Positions 50,357 to 64,000 of a stretch of 64,000 bases of DNA are shown here, one piece after another. This DNA is from Camelus ferus (Eukaryota): NCBI RefSeq assembly GCF_009834535.1, contig NC_045696.1, forward strand, positions 101,620,001-101,684,000. The letters are read 5' to 3'. Numbering within the stretch: the stretch's first letter is position 1; every line of letters begins with the position of its first letter. The notes under the pieces were generated by a model that did not search any database, was not told where the DNA came from, and was given only the letters and a program-made list of their open reading frames with translations. The translations under genes and the position numbers were made by a program.

Positions 50357-53300
50357 CACATGCTGTTTCCTCTTTGTCTATCTCATGTGTTTCCCTCAAG
50401 TAGCTTCCTGGCCATTTAATTCTTCCCACAAATGCCAATTTACACTTCTGTGCCCTATGCTGTGCATGGGAAATATAACGATGAGGAAAAAACACACATG
50501 GCCCCACCCTCATGGAGCTTACAGTCTAGTGGGAGAGATAAACAGGAATTAAACCACCATATACACGTACAATCATATGATTACTGATACCGAGCTTCCT
50601 GGCCCCCAAGTCCATCAGATGGCATGTCTATATAAGTCCAAAGGCAATTTGTGAACACAACTCAAGATTTATTTTTCCTAGAGATTTCTCCATCCCTAGG
50701 TTAATAAATAAATACATATTAGTATTCATTAAAGAGGGGCTGGATTTGCCCAGCCCCACTGCTCGATTCATCCAAGGCTCAGCTAGGGTAATCTGGATCC
50801 TGCAATGCAGCAATTAGTCTCAAAATGAAAATTACTCTGGGAGAGGTAGTACATAACTGTACTGTCCCACTAAGGAATAAAATCTGAAAGCAGACATCCT
50901 CGAGAGAAATTTTGCCAACAAGGTATGTGCAAATGTTTCTTACGGTATCATTTTACCTCAGTCCTGTCCCGGAGGAGAACTATGACTTCAGAAACTCAGG
51001 ATGAGTTTAAAATCTCACTAAAGTAATTTTATTTCCATTTTATAAGTCTTATGTACATTTCAGATAGTTTCAACTGCCTTGGGAAAAAATATTAGAAATG
51101 AAGTTTGGAGCATTTCCTTTGAAGGAAAACTCTATGCTGCTAGACTGGGAAAAGGTTACTTGCGGCAGAATGATTAGGAGAATTTTAAGATAATTGCTGC
51201 TCTGTGCTCCAGTTTAGAATTTGAGGTTGCGATTTGAAAGGGCAGAGTTGGCAGAAACTTTGTGACATCTTAATAAATGATAAGAGAGCAGTTCCACCAT
51301 ATTTCAGAGAGCCTTATTTTTCAGAACCAGCGAGAGTCTCTCTCAAGGGCACCTCATGCCTTTAGCTGCCACAGACTGAGCAAGTAACCCCATTTCTGAG
51401 ACACCTGCAACAGAAGGAAGTGGCTGCTGGTTCAAGACCCCAGAGCCTTCAAGGGAGAAGAATCGAGAATGTGATTGGGAAGGTCATCGAGGCTTGGCTG
51501 AGGCCAGCGTCACCTGCACGGCAGGGCCTATGGGTTGGTGCACTGATCCTTCTCTTCCACGTGGGCCATTATTCTGTTTTCTGAGGGAGGCTGGAGATGC
51601 AGTTGGAAGGAATATGGCTCAGGGCACTGAAGCTGTCTTTTTCGGACATGGGAGAACAACACACCCAGAGATGTGATGGAGGAAGGGGTGGCTTCCTTGT
51701 AACTGGGGGCAGACGATGGCACGCCTGGTACGGCGCTGATTCTCACAGTGAGTCAGCGTGTGCTGGCAGTTTCTGAGTACACAGATCCATGTTCCATAGC
51801 ACATCAGAAACAAGCTTCAGTAGGGAATAAGGGCATGGCCGGTGAGCAGAGGACTCATTAAAATAGCATAACCTACAAATTCAGTCACGTCATGCTCCTG
51901 CATAAAATCCTTCAGTGGCCTCCTGATGTCCACAGTATAAAAGCTAAGCTCCTCATCATGGCACACTTCTATCTAAATAGCCTTCTAACCACTGTTGCTA
52001 CTTCCTAGACTTGGTGATTCAGGATGCCTACCCTCCCCCCGACCCACAGCTTTTGTCTTTCGTCTTTCAAGTCTTGTCTCCAGGGTAATACAGTCCTCCC
52101 TGTCTGAGGGGATTCTTCCTCTACCAGGCAGAGCATCTCCACCCCCACCCTCCATCCCTCCATGACAGCACTTCTGATCCCTTTGTATGGTCATTGTTTG
52201 CCTTGTCACAAGACTGTAAGGTCCCTGAGAACATGATCCATGCTGTTGCCTTCTTTCTAACTTACTAGCTGGGTGACTTTGGGCAAATCACTGAACCACT
52301 CTGTACCTCTGTTTTCCTGCAAGAAGGTGGCTACTTATGTCATATTTCCTTGTACTTTGAAAAATAAGGTAGATAATGTCCAGCCTGGTGACGCTGATTC
52401 TAAAGAGGCGCTACATGAAACTGACAACAGACAAGTGACAATTCAGAAGTCAGGACTCAAAACTAAAGTGAATCAGGAAAACTAAAGCTCTGAGATCCTT
52501 GTAAAGGTTGGGGAGGACCACAGGGTTGGGGTTCAAGGTAATCTGATTAAATCTTGAATAAGGTTGTCCCAAGAGACTGAAAGATTTAAGGTTATCCATC
52601 CAAACAATAGGTATGCACCTGTATTTCCTAATATCACACTATTGCTTCTGTCCTGATGGTCTCTGTTCTCCAGCTTTGCCCCAGGAATTGGCTCTAACTT
52701 CTCTTTTGCCTGTGTCCACTGATGTCAGTAATGGTTTAAAAAAAAAAAAAAAAGAGAGAGAGACACTGGCCAGGCTTTCATAAACTCCACCGAACAAATG
52801 CAGGTAACTCAGCACTAATTCATTCAGACAGCAATGTCTATAGAGTACACCCCAGGCACTGGGTCTACCCCATGCTTCAGGTAGACAGAGGAAAGGGGTC
52901 ATTCCTCAGGTTGCATACTTTGGCCTAGAAATATTCCAGGACTAGAGACAATGAATCCCAGCCTCCCCAGCTCTTGTAATAAATACCTCTATACCTTGAT
53001 CTAGCACAATCCTTATAGAAGTGGATATCCTATTCTAAGGTGGTTGCACTGGTATTTCCAAATCCATGAAGTTGATTTCACTTCAGCAGTTGCAGTAATA
53101 ATCCTCAGATGGATTATTGTTACTTTGATCTTATAATTTCTGAAGCATCCTTAGGCGGTCAGTCATCCAGTCAGAATATTAACCCTTGGTATCTCTGGAT
53201 GAGACGGATATTGGTAATGCCATTGTTCATCCAGCCACATAAAAATAACATCATAATTGAGGATGAGCTCAGTTCCACTTTCTTATTGGCCATCCATGAC

Positions 53301-54856
53301 CTAAACTATTATGGCACAACCTCCTTGCAATCTGTAAAGGACAGCTATAGATCTAACAACACCATAACACATTCTTCACTATATGATATTTCTTTTTCTA
53401 GGACAGAATGGAGACGGTTAAGGAAAGTCTCCCAACATTAATCCATCAATCACACAGCAGGGCTTTGATGAAAGACTTAGCACTTCTGTTGCCCCAGGTC
53501 CTCTGAACATGGGGTTTTTTGGCTTTCTTGAATAAAACTCACATGTTCCTTAAGCTCCACAAAAATTAAGTCCGTTTGGGATGGCATCTAAGGTAAAAAA
53601 GAAGTTTTTCTCCTGAGATGATATTTTAAAATCAATAATGATTCTTGACCACTTTCTTGGTCAGTTTAGAAATTTGATGTTTTCTCAAGATTTGAAGGTC
53701 AGTTACCTTTTCCAGATTATGAGGTATTGCTTCTCGCTAATATTTTCAGGTAAATAATACATGACAATATCACATATATATGGTTAACATTTTCTAAAAT
53801 AATGTTTTAGAAATAGAAAAGATGGTTTCATGGGTGGATAGTTTATGTTGAAGGCTTGTAACAGTGTGAATCTTGAAGCTTGAAGGCAGGTGAGGTCAAA
53901 GTCTATCACCTGGAAAAAGTGGCAGACAGGTGGGAGGTTTCAGAGTGGAGAATTTACTTTCATGAGTCCAGCTTTGTCTAGAATTAGTATCGTTAGCTTT
54001 CCAGGTTTAGACTCCATTCTGCCAGCAGCACCTCCTTCTGTCAGCATTGGGGGAGGGGGAGATTTACATGAGCTAAGTTCACACTATCATTAAATCAGAC
54101 AGTACTATTTCTCTCTTGCATAAAATAACTCCAAAGTTGAGAACCAGGGCTGATATAGTGGTTGCACTATCAACATGGACCCAAACTTTCTCTCTGCTCC
54201 ACTATTCTTACCCCTGACTTCCATCATTAGGGTTGCCACATTATTCAAGATGTCCAGGATGTCCACATTCCAGGAAGAAGTAAGGAAGAAAAGGAAGAGA
54301 GCAAAAAAGGGGCATGATAATTGTTGGTCTTCTTTTTAAGGACCATTTGGAAGATCCATCTAAAAGATTGCTTACATGTCATGAATAACTGAAAAGGAGG
54401 CCTGGATATTTAATTTTTTACTGATTCCACATGGAATAAAATTGGGGTTCAGTTAATAAGGTAGAAATGGAGAAGGAAGATTATTTGGTGACGAACATCT
54501 TTTCCACAAATGCATGAATCAGAGTATCAAGTTATTAATTTACAGCAAGAAACATTACTTTGTTATATTAAGGAATGGGAAGAATTGGGATGGAAAGTCA
54601 AGCCATTAAATAGGAGCTGGTAACAGGTATGCAGATAGAAATTGCCAGAAATTGACTCCCATCAAAACAGGTGGCCAGGGTTAGAGGAACAAGACAGAGC
54701 AGAAGTCAAAGCCAATAAATAAAGCAAGACAAACAGTGGAAGGAATGTCAGTGTCACAGTACAGCAAGGAAGCAGAAGCAAGAAAACCAAACCAGATCAA
54801 AACTCAGAGAATGCAAAGGGAACACATTTGCATAGTTAAAAGTAATTCTGCTATTA

Positions 54857-55049
54857 CAGAGTTTTTCAGTCACGGTGCTATTGACATTTTAGATTGAATC
54901 ATTCTTTCTTGTAGGGAGCTATCTTGCATGGCAGCCTCCCTAGCCTCCACTCACCAGATGCCAGTCACGACAATCAAAAATGTTTCCAGATACTGCCTAA
55001 CGTCTCCTGACCTGAGGAGAGCCACCTCGCTCCCTGATGGGTACCACTG
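54857..55049. mobile_element. MER20 hAT MITE
   Basis: 'gctattgacatttt...tagcctccactcaccagatgccagt..gacaatcaaaaatgtttccagatactgcc...accactg'. Confidence 0.85.
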
Positions 55050-56345
55050 TGCTAGCAGATTTGTTGCTGTTCCAACAGTTTTTGTAGTTCCAACTCTTAG
55101 AGTGCATTAAAGGCAATGAGTTACTGCTTACATTTCATGCATCTTATCTCAGGAGATGTGACTCTCAAAAGCATTGATGGTGTCATCAAGGAGTTGGAGG
55201 TGACCTAAGAGATCTATCACTAGGGAAGGGATCAATAAAGTGGTGTGGATGCACTCTAGAATCTTAGGCAGCAGTTAGAAGCAAAGAACTGGATGGATGT
55301 GCAGTAACATGAGTATTACTTTAAAACACAGTGTTCAGATTTTTAAAATTAAGAGAGAGCTATAAAGTAGTGTGTACAGACATTTAAAATATAGATAAGT
55401 CACAGAAGAATCTGTAGATTTTACAAGGATACAGATCTACTGAAGGACATATATCAAACATACTAGACTGAATGCCTATGCAGGGAACAGGATCAGGACT
55501 GAAGATAATCAGAGAAAAATAAAATTAAATTAAGATAAAGCCTTATATAATACAATGAATTAACATGCCATGAACTGAAGAGTATAATTAACTCTCAGCA
55601 CTTGCTGTCCAAAAGGAAAGAAAGAAAATATGAAACTGGATATCTCAAATTCACATTTTCGCTAGATGGTTAACATTCTCACGGTGGAGGCCTTCCTGGC
55701 ACTGAGCAAGCTCACTGTTTGTGGATAAGTCATGCAGCATCTTGCTGATAACTTCCTAATTACGCTACAACTCCTAGGTCTTAAATTATGTGAATAATTG
55801 AGAAATACTGATAGGAGGTGAGTTGAACTTCCACAAGACTAACTGAGATCTATTTTGATCATTTTAAGCAATCAAGCTATTTTGTCCCATTTTTCATGTA
55901 GAATCTACATTCTTCCTTCCTGAACTAGACACAGAATATTGGTATGTCACTCTTTGGTCTGATATAGCAATCATTGCCACTAAACTCACTCTCAGATTAT
56001 GGGCAGTGTCCATGACTCAAATTGTTGGCCAGCATTAGCTCCTCTCAGCTTCGTAGGTGACAGTGGAGATGATGTTTCAGCCGCAGGCTCAGGTGCTGAA
56101 GCTTCTCCTCCATTTGTTATCCTCAAGTGACGCTGTCCTGCTCCTTTTCTGGGCCATTCATTACAAATGGCCAAAGGCATTGTTACAGGGCTTCATCATG
56201 AACTCAACATGCAATATAAACAAATGAAAAGATCTTTGAGAATTTCAGTGCTAACACAGAGGTATAATTTTGCAAGGGTGACATTAACACCCACAGCAGG
56301 CTTTGATGGTCCTACAGTAATTCAAACCTCTGAATGGTAGCTGGT

Positions 56346-56688
56346 TGTGGCAGACAAGGAGATGCACCACCCAGATGCCTTCAAGAAAGGACTCCTGCCC
56401 AGTTGCAAAGACTGTGATTAGCAGATTGCCTCCAGCTTTTATCTCCTTCAGGATCTCCCTTAAACATTACCCTCTAGGTCTCACTCTAGCCAGGAAAGCC
56501 ACCAGTCAATGATTAAGCAAGGCAGTGAGGCTTTGCCATTTCTGCCCGGTGTGAGACTTCTCTGACAGGCAATCTTTGCTCAAAAACTCTGAGTTAGCAG
56601 AGTTTTCTCAGTTCTGCATAGTTATCTGACACCTGCCCAACCCTATTTTCTCTCCTTTTATTTCTACAAGTGTTATCCCATCCCCCAC

Positions 56689-56737
<49 letters not shown>

Positions 56738-56795
56738 CCTTTAAGACTTCTAACTCCATCTCAGATCTGCTTCCTGGAGAATCCTATTTGTGACA
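56346..56795 (+). mobile_element. LTR16-type ERVL solo LTR containing a (CA)n tract (56692-56736)
   Basis: 'tgtggcag...cagattgcctccagct...ccatttctgcccg.tgtgagact...ctaactccatctcag.tctgcttcctggagaatcc..ttgtgaca'. Confidence 0.8.
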
Positions 56796-58809
56796 CCAGT
56801 GGTGCCAATGAAAAGTGTTATTTACATATTTTCATATTCCTGGGGAACTTGGTCAGACTCTAGAAGAGAAATCTGCAAAAATTCTAAAATCATATAAAAA
56901 TGTGTGTGTACCTAATGTGATTTTTTCTAAAGGGACCTTAGCTTTTGAAAAGATTCTTAAAAGGTGACTGTCACATAGAATGATGATTGTGAACCCTCCC
57001 CAAATCCATCCTTCCCTTCATTTTTAGCTGAGAACAGAAATGTCAGAATAAAAACAATTATCCACCTTTCCTTACAGCAAAGTATCAACAGATGACCATG
57101 TTAGTAAAGAAAGAGAGATTATCTCCACCCTCTTCACATCAACATGATGGCCAGGGATTGACCAGCCATCTTGGAATAGGAGATGGAAGTCAACTGTTGA
57201 AGATGACAGGAAAATAAATTAGAAGCCTACATTCTCAATGACCATGGAGATGACATTCCAGTTACAGACTGCTTAGATTTGTAGGAAGGAAAAAAACCTT
57301 GTTTAAGCCTTGTTTGTTTGGAGATTTCCATCACTTCTAGCTGAATTTAATCCTAACCAATCCAGAGCCCATGACATTAAAAAGATTTTAAAAAGCAAAA
57401 CAAAAACAAAACAAAAAAACCTATGCAGTAATTCCTTAATCTGTAAACTTCTTGAGGTCAGAACTATGTCTTACTGCACTGAACTGTACTGTACAACACT
57501 ATACCTGACACTTAGTTGAAATACAATACGTTTGGTAAATGTCTGAGCTCTACATATTTTGGGGAGCTGCCTGTTCTGCTCAAGTCTTCCCATTTAATTT
57601 GCTTCCAAATTGGATGAAAGTCTCTCAGGCTATAAATCCCAGGAGGTGGGCTTTTGTCACCAAACTGTTGAATACGTCCCAAGATATCTATGTTAACCTC
57701 AGAATCTGATCTGGTTCCAATATTATTTCGGGGTTGATTTCAACTGCATACAATTACCCAGCTTTTTAAAATGGAATTTCCCTTTTATAACAGAAAAGAT
57801 GCTCCCTTTATTGAATTGCTATGAAACAACTAAGCAGATGACAAGCATTCTGTCCCAAGATAGGGCTTTGGCTGGGAAGTTACCACACAGTAATGAATGT
57901 ACACCCGTTCTCTACACTGGCCAAATCATAGCAGCCTAGGCCTTCAGAAGAGCTTAAACAAGGATATTGAAAGCTGATATTTCATGACAATCACAATGAA
58001 GAACATTTCAAAGTTTCTTCTAAGTTTTGGAATTCACCCACTATTTATTCTCAGTCTATTTCCCCCCATCCCACTAAATACCAACTTCAGGTTGCATCTG
58101 AGGTTTGAAATCTCCCCACTTTTCTACTGTCGAATCCACATATGTCATTAAGATAAAACAAGCTCAGTCTGAACCAAGAGTCTCTGGCTAGTTTTCTATC
58201 TTATGGGGAAAATCTGAAATTTGAGTAAAGCAATCATTTCAGGAAAGGCTTTGGAAATGAACACTTTTCCTTTTATGGCAAACTGTTCCAGTCATTTCTC
58301 TGTTCTCTGGCAAGTCTAAACAACAATTTAACCACTTTTGTATTTTGTTCAAATCTTGGATAAGAAAAGTTATTCAAGGACAGAGATCTAACACTGGAAG
58401 TTCCAGTGCTTTCCCCAGAATGAATTACAACCCCTGCAAGATGCAGAAAGGAAGTTATAACCCCTGATGTCTTAACTTCCTTCCACGCCACCCTGGTCAC
58501 CACAAAAGCCTCTCAAGGCTGGCAAGCTGTGTCAGCAAAACCATGCAGATTTCTGCCTGTGCTGACTCTGCCTGAGGATTCTATCAGGGCACCTGTCCCG
58601 GCCCTTGTCAGTTGTGTCATGTTTGGCTGTGGTACATCCTGTGCTGACACAGACTTGAAGAAGTGTCAGCCATGGCAGTGTTGGCTTCTTGGAGCCTCAC
58701 ATGGTGCTTGTGACCAGGCTGAGGAAGCCTTGCACTTCAGTAATCATTTTAAAGAGAGGGAGAGAAAATTACACAGAATTTCTGAAGTAGTCCACACCCT
58801 TGGAGAAGC

Positions 58810-59032
58810 AGCGTGGAGGCAGGCTGGCTGGACTTGAATCTCGGCTCTGTCATTATTCACAGCATGAGCCTCAATAAGTGACTGGCTTCTCCATGCCTTA
58901 CTCTCCTTATCCATAAAGTGAAGATCCTAAGAATCAACTCTTAGGTCTGTGATGAAGACCAAAGGAGCTAAAATTTTTAAAGCAGTGGGAACAATGCCTG
59001 GCACATGGTAAGAATTACATAAATGTTTGTGA
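58810..59032 (+). mobile_element. MIR SINE
   Basis: 'ttgaatctcggctctgtcatt...aacaatgcctggcacatggtaag'. Confidence 0.75.
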
Positions 59033-60769
59033 AATATATTTTTGTTTGAGTTTCACCCATTAGAAGATGATTCCAACTCCTAGTTTCTTACCATAGAAAT
59101 GAGCCTTTTAAATTCTTGTATGGCTTCTCACAAGATTTTAGTCCTGTTTTTAATTCCTGAAATTAAATCCATCTCACATAAACAGTATCCAGCTTAACTC
59201 ATTTCAGCTGATTCCTACAGTACCATCAATGAACAAGGCACTGTGCAGTGCAGAGCACGGCATGGCAGGTAAGCCACACTGCCTGTCCTCAAGGCATCAT
59301 AACCTAATAGAAGGAATAAGAGGCTGTGTGATCTTAATCAAGTCACTTAATCTCTCCGAGCTTGGTTACACATGTCCCCGTCTATAACTAATTAATCTCA
59401 GAGGTATCTTCCAGCTTCAACAATTTATAAATCAAATAACTTAAAATAAAAGGCTGAAAGCAATGAACCACAGGTGAAATGCAAAGTGTCATGAGGGCTC
59501 ACAGGGGGAAGATTATTTGTTAGTGCTTCTCCAGGTTTAGTTATAATGTACATACTAAATTGTCTCAACTGAATTGTTGTTCCTTCTCTACTAATTCAAA
59601 TTGTTTAAGGCATGTGATTAGGGTCGGGGAAGTATTCTTTAGTATAAATCAGTACAATTTAAATTATGAGATTTTATCAGATTTTAATTACAGAGCTTTC
59701 AAATATGGAGTTTATCAAGCAGAAGTCCTTTTTTTAACAGGAAAAGGGAATGCTTTGCACCTGACCTAAGTCAGACAGCTCTCCGTCTTGGGGAATCCAA
59801 ACTGCCCTGACTCTGGCTCCCACCCTCCAGCTTAAACAAGAGCTCTGGCTTAAGACAAACTCCCTGTCTGGGGTGCACCCAGGAGGAGACTTCTTGGAGT
59901 CTCACATGTGCTCGACCACCAGCCTGCTCACCACTGTCCAAGATGCTCCCCTGACACTGCTGTTAATCTGCTCAGCTTTGCTCCTTGGAATGGCTGCTGT
60001 GCTTAACAGGATACAGCAGTCTCCCCATCCTCAGCTGGGACCAGTGCCTTTAAGGCATTATGTTCACTGTGATGCTAATGACAGTTTCATCAAATACCCA
60101 GGCTACCTTTTGTTACTTCCAGCTGGAGGCCCCCTCCCTGGAGGTCCCCTCCCTGGAAGTCCCTCAGATGCCACAGTCCCGCACAGGTGCATGCCTAGGT
60201 CTCCCGGGTGTCAATCTGTCTGTTCATTACAGTACAATGGGAGGAAATCAGCGCTCCCATTCACACTGAAAGCTACTGGAATGGTCCCAAAAAGCAATGT
60301 GTCTTGGGTCCAAAAAATGTAACAAATTTTGCTAAAATAGCACTTTAGGGTTTTAGTTACACATTGTTCTTCCTCCCAAGAACCTAAGCGTGCTCTCAGT
60401 GGTTAGGTGACAATCACAACCCTGCACTAGCTAGGTGTGCCCTTCCGGTGTGAAAGGCCTCACTAGCAAGCCCGGCTGGCCATGGCTGCTTCTTGCTTTA
60501 GTATGAGATCTCCCTGGGGAGGCCCTTCCCACTGCACACAGGACATTCACTAGTTCCCCCACATGCCTTGAGGTTTCTTAAACTTGGCAGTCAACATAGA
60601 TGAAGACCTTTCCCAGGCATCTCCTCAGTCCTCAAGAAAATAGGCTTGTAAAACTATTGCTCAAGCTTTGAGAAGAATGGTTTGATATAGGACAAATCTT
60701 CAGGTAAACCTTCAGAGAGGTGGCTGGCCAAAATTGGGAAGAAAAAAAAGTGTCAAGGAAAGAGGCAGC

Positions 60770-61040
60770 TTGCTAGTTATTCCTCCAAAATCCATTCTCT
60801 CCTTTTCCCAAATGATTAGAGTTTAGCTGGGCATGAGGTTGCCCAGCCAGGACTACACTGCCCAGGCTCCCTTGCTTCCAGGAGGCACCACGTGGTTGAA
60901 TTTCCTCCAACTGTTTATGAGTAAAAGTGAGATGGGCAACACTTGTACCATTTGCTTAAAATGAAATCTATACTTCCTCTCTCCCCCTCTCCCCACTGAC
61001 AGTAACCAAGCTTCAACCAAAGGAAAATAAAGCAGAGACA
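60770..61040 (+). mobile_element. MLT1J-like LTR fragment
   Basis: 'aaatccattctctcctt...tttagctgggca...gactacactgcccaggctcccttgc'. Confidence 0.6.
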
Positions 61041-61174
61041 CAAAGATACAGGAAGGAAGAGAGGGAGGGAGGGAAAGGAAAGGAAGGAAAGGAGGGAGGG
61101 GCAGGGATGGGGGGAAGAGTGCTTTCTTAAGCTCTGTGTTTGCAGACTGAGATGAATACCTACCACAATTCCTT

Positions 61175-61400
61175 GTTAAGAGACTGCACTATATATTTGA
61201 AAGTTACTAAGAGAGTAGATCTTAAATATTCTTACCACACACACACACATACATGTAATGACCTGAGGTGGTGGAGCTGTTAACCATACTGTGGTAATCA
61301 TTTTGCAATATATATGTGTATCAAATCATTACGTTATATACCTCAAACTTACACAATGGTGTTTTTTAATTATATCTCAATAAAACTGGAGGGGGTAAAA
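61175..61400 (+). mobile_element. L1MA9/10-like 3' end
   Basis: 'tttgaaagttactaagagagtagatcttaaat.ttct..cac...tgtggtaatcattttgcaatatat..gtatcaaatcatt...ttatatctcaataaa'. Confidence 0.85.
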
Positions 61401-62249
61401 AGAGACAACAGTGAAGTCACACGACCCCTAGATCAACAACATAAGTATAAGAACGTCCCTTAAGATAAGAAAACCGCTTTCCCTGTAAAACGAATATTTA
61501 TGCCATTGGTTTTGAAACTTCAGTGTAAGTGTGAATCACCTGAGGAGGTTGTTAACATAGAGTCGAAGCTTCCATCCCCTGAGATTTTGGTGGAGTTCCT
61601 AGTGGAGGTCCACGGCTCTCGGCAGCCATGGCTGCACCATCAAACACCCAAATATGTTTTCAGTGGCTGCACTAACTCACAATGAAGTAGAAGCAAAGAG
61701 CTAAGGAGATCTTGAGAACAGCAGAAATCCACAAAATGCCTCAGGAAAGAAGATCATTTATATCCTCCAACCCAAACTTTACTTCTAAGATGCTCTTTTG
61801 AGAAAATAACATTTCCTACATTTTCTTGTAAAAAGCATTTTCTACACGGTATGAATTACTATTTCCCTTTTCTTATTATTTGCCTGTTTACAGTGCTTCT
61901 TATGATAAATACTACAAAGAAACTTCATTGAATCATCTCTCCAAACTGTTCTACACTCCTAAATATAGAAGCCTAAATTAATGAGGTTCCTACCACCCTC
62001 TGCCTCAATGACCTTATCATTCATGGAAAATAAAACAATGTGGTGTTAAAAACCTTCTTATCTTAGTCTGTATTAGAATCAGAGACTTGGAAAATCATAA
62101 ACTTCCTGTCTGACCACTTATTTTTGCACAACTGGTTTATAACTTATTAATAAGATATGCTGCCGAGTCAGTACTTGCTTCAACATCTGAAGTTCATGGT
62201 AGAGTGGATTTAAACCATCATCTATCCAAGGCAGTCCTGCAAGTTGCCT

Positions 62250-62400
62250 GGACCAGAGTTTCTCAAAGTATACTACCTCGACCAGCAGTAGCCACATCAG
62301 CATCACCTGGAAATTTGTTAGAAATGCAAATTAAGCCCCAGCCCAAACTACTAGCGGTCTTCCAGGTAATTCTGTTGCTCACTAGAGTTTGACAGCCACC
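62250..62400. mobile_element. MER5A-like hAT MITE
   Basis: 'gtttctcaaagt...accagcag...catcagcatcacctggaaatttgttagaaatgcaaatt...caggtaattctg'. Confidence 0.75.
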
Positions 62401-62419
62401 ACCCTAGACTTCTCTCTCT

Positions 62420-63250
62420 TTTCTGCCTTTTCTGAACAATAAGCATAGCCCATCACTGTATCTCCCTGTTTTTCCTGCCAGCCCCATTCCTTCCCATACC
62501 CCAGTCCAATTCCTTATTATAGTTCACTCATGCTATGGAAGAAGCCTTTGTATGGTTTCCTTGACTTTAATTTTGCTCCCTTCTGCATCCAGCCTTCACA
62601 AAGCATCAAGACTTACCCTTCCAAATGCTAATTTGCCCATGAATTTTCCTAACTAAAATTCTTCAAATGCCTGCAGGATAAAACACAAACACCCTAACTT
62701 GTTGTCATAGAAGCTCTTTATTATCTGGCCCTCCTTCAAGGCTGTATCCTTGATAAGCAGCGCCCTCCCTACCCCACCCCCGTCTCCCATTTTAATATCT
62801 CTTGGCCTTTGAATATACTGTTCCCTGTGCCTGGAATAAATTACTTAAACCAGAAACATTGGTATATAAAATAATATTATTCTTATCTAGTCACTACAGC
62901 AGAATTTTTTCTTAATCTTCCCAGCGACTGCCCTCATCTTATGCACAGAGTGCAGCAAAGGCAAAATCCTGTTTATTCATATAGACTCAGTAAAGTCTCG
63001 ATTCCTCTGAGCAGCTTCCAGTGACCACCTGTAGCAGATTCAGTTGCTCTGTCCTTTGTGCTCCAATGCACTCTGTAAAAGAGCTATTTGAAGGCCCCTC
63101 ATGGACTACTGCAATTTATGAATACGATGTTCTTTCTATTGGGAACAGGGATTGTGTTTCGTTCCATTCTGGCATCTCAGTAACTCCAGCACCTAGCACA
63201 GTATGTGGTCCAAAGACACTAAATGATGTTGCTGATCGGTAAAAACAACA
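62420..63250 (+). mobile_element. Fragmented L2 3' region
   Basis: 'aaattcttcaaatgcctgcaggataaaa.ccaaac', 'tgttccctgtgcctggaat' and 'ccagcacctagcacagt'. Confidence 0.65.
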
Positions 63251-64000
63251 AGTGAAAAAGGAGTAAATAAATATCAAACAATATGTGGTATGGAAAATAA
63301 CTTGGGATTTGAAGTCCTTTGCAACTTGGATTTCTATTTTCTGCTACATTCCTTTCCACGTTGCAAACTAGTGGCCAGAAACAAAATATTTTCCAAGACC
63401 GTGTCTTATTTGGTCAGCACATTTTTAAAAAATTTAAATTATTTTAGTTGAGGCATGTACCCCCTCTCCAGTATCCAGTCCCCTCCAACCATTTTTGTCT
63501 TGCTTCCACTAGACTCACACATTTATGCTACCATCTGGGCTCATGAAGGCAAGTGAGCCAGCCACCAGCCTTATCTGCTTTTCTGGACCCTGATTCTTGG
63601 CTCTGGTTTCTCAGACATAGCTCTTGCACTCCATCCTAGCTGCTGCCCAAGTCCTCCGCTCCACCTCCCGCTGGCATCCTTAGATGTATATGTATACTTT
63701 CCAGAAATCTCAGCATCTCTCTCTGGCATTCACCTTGGGCCTCTCAGGCTGAGTTTTAAATCCACTGTTTCTCTAGTTTGCCTTCTCATGGTCCCAGTTC
63801 CGGGTTCTCTTAGCCTCCAAAGCAGGTAAGATAATTTTTAGGGCACAAACACCAGCTCTGACATGCAAACTCGGTGACCTTGGAAGCTTCAGTTTCTTTA
63901 TCTGTAAATGGGAAATCATGCCTTCCTTGTAGGTTTGTTGGAAGAATTAAGTGAGAAAGAATAAGTTAAAACATATTGTGTATTTCTTGCAAACTAAGAG

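Noticed and set aside
59873..60322. Longest ORF in the track (149 aa)
   Set aside because: It has a GTG start and no recognisable homology, and is partly built from a short tandem repeat.
1..64000. Prokaryote-type systems (CRISPR arrays, operons, defence islands) or an intact viral insert
   Set aside because: There are no repeat-spacer arrays, long ORFs or compositional islands; the sequence is consistent throughout with mammalian non-coding DNA.

Overview
This is AT-rich, CpG-depleted eutherian mammal genomic DNA with an intergenic or deep-intronic character. A vic-1-like tRNA-derived SINE, two matching lineage-type L1 3' ends, and the apparent absence of Alu, B1, Bov-A, PRE-1 and SINEC suggest a camelid (inference). 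I recognise no intact protein-coding gene: the supplied ORFs are repeat-derived or look like chance ORFs. The only identifiable gene-derived sequence is a processed BOLA2 pseudogene (minus strand, ~540-906) with poly(A), a target-site duplication and two frameshifts. Much of the rest is interspersed repeat: a near-full-length Tigger1 with both TIRs, two complementary ERVL/MaLR half-proviruses, many solo LTRs, old L1/L2/MIR fragments, hAT MITEs, a degenerate tRNA-Lys copy and microsatellites. A few unique-looking segments carry candidate splice or regulatory signals. I found no convincing novel biological system. Repeat subfamily names come from remembered consensus sequences, and most repeat boundaries are approximate.
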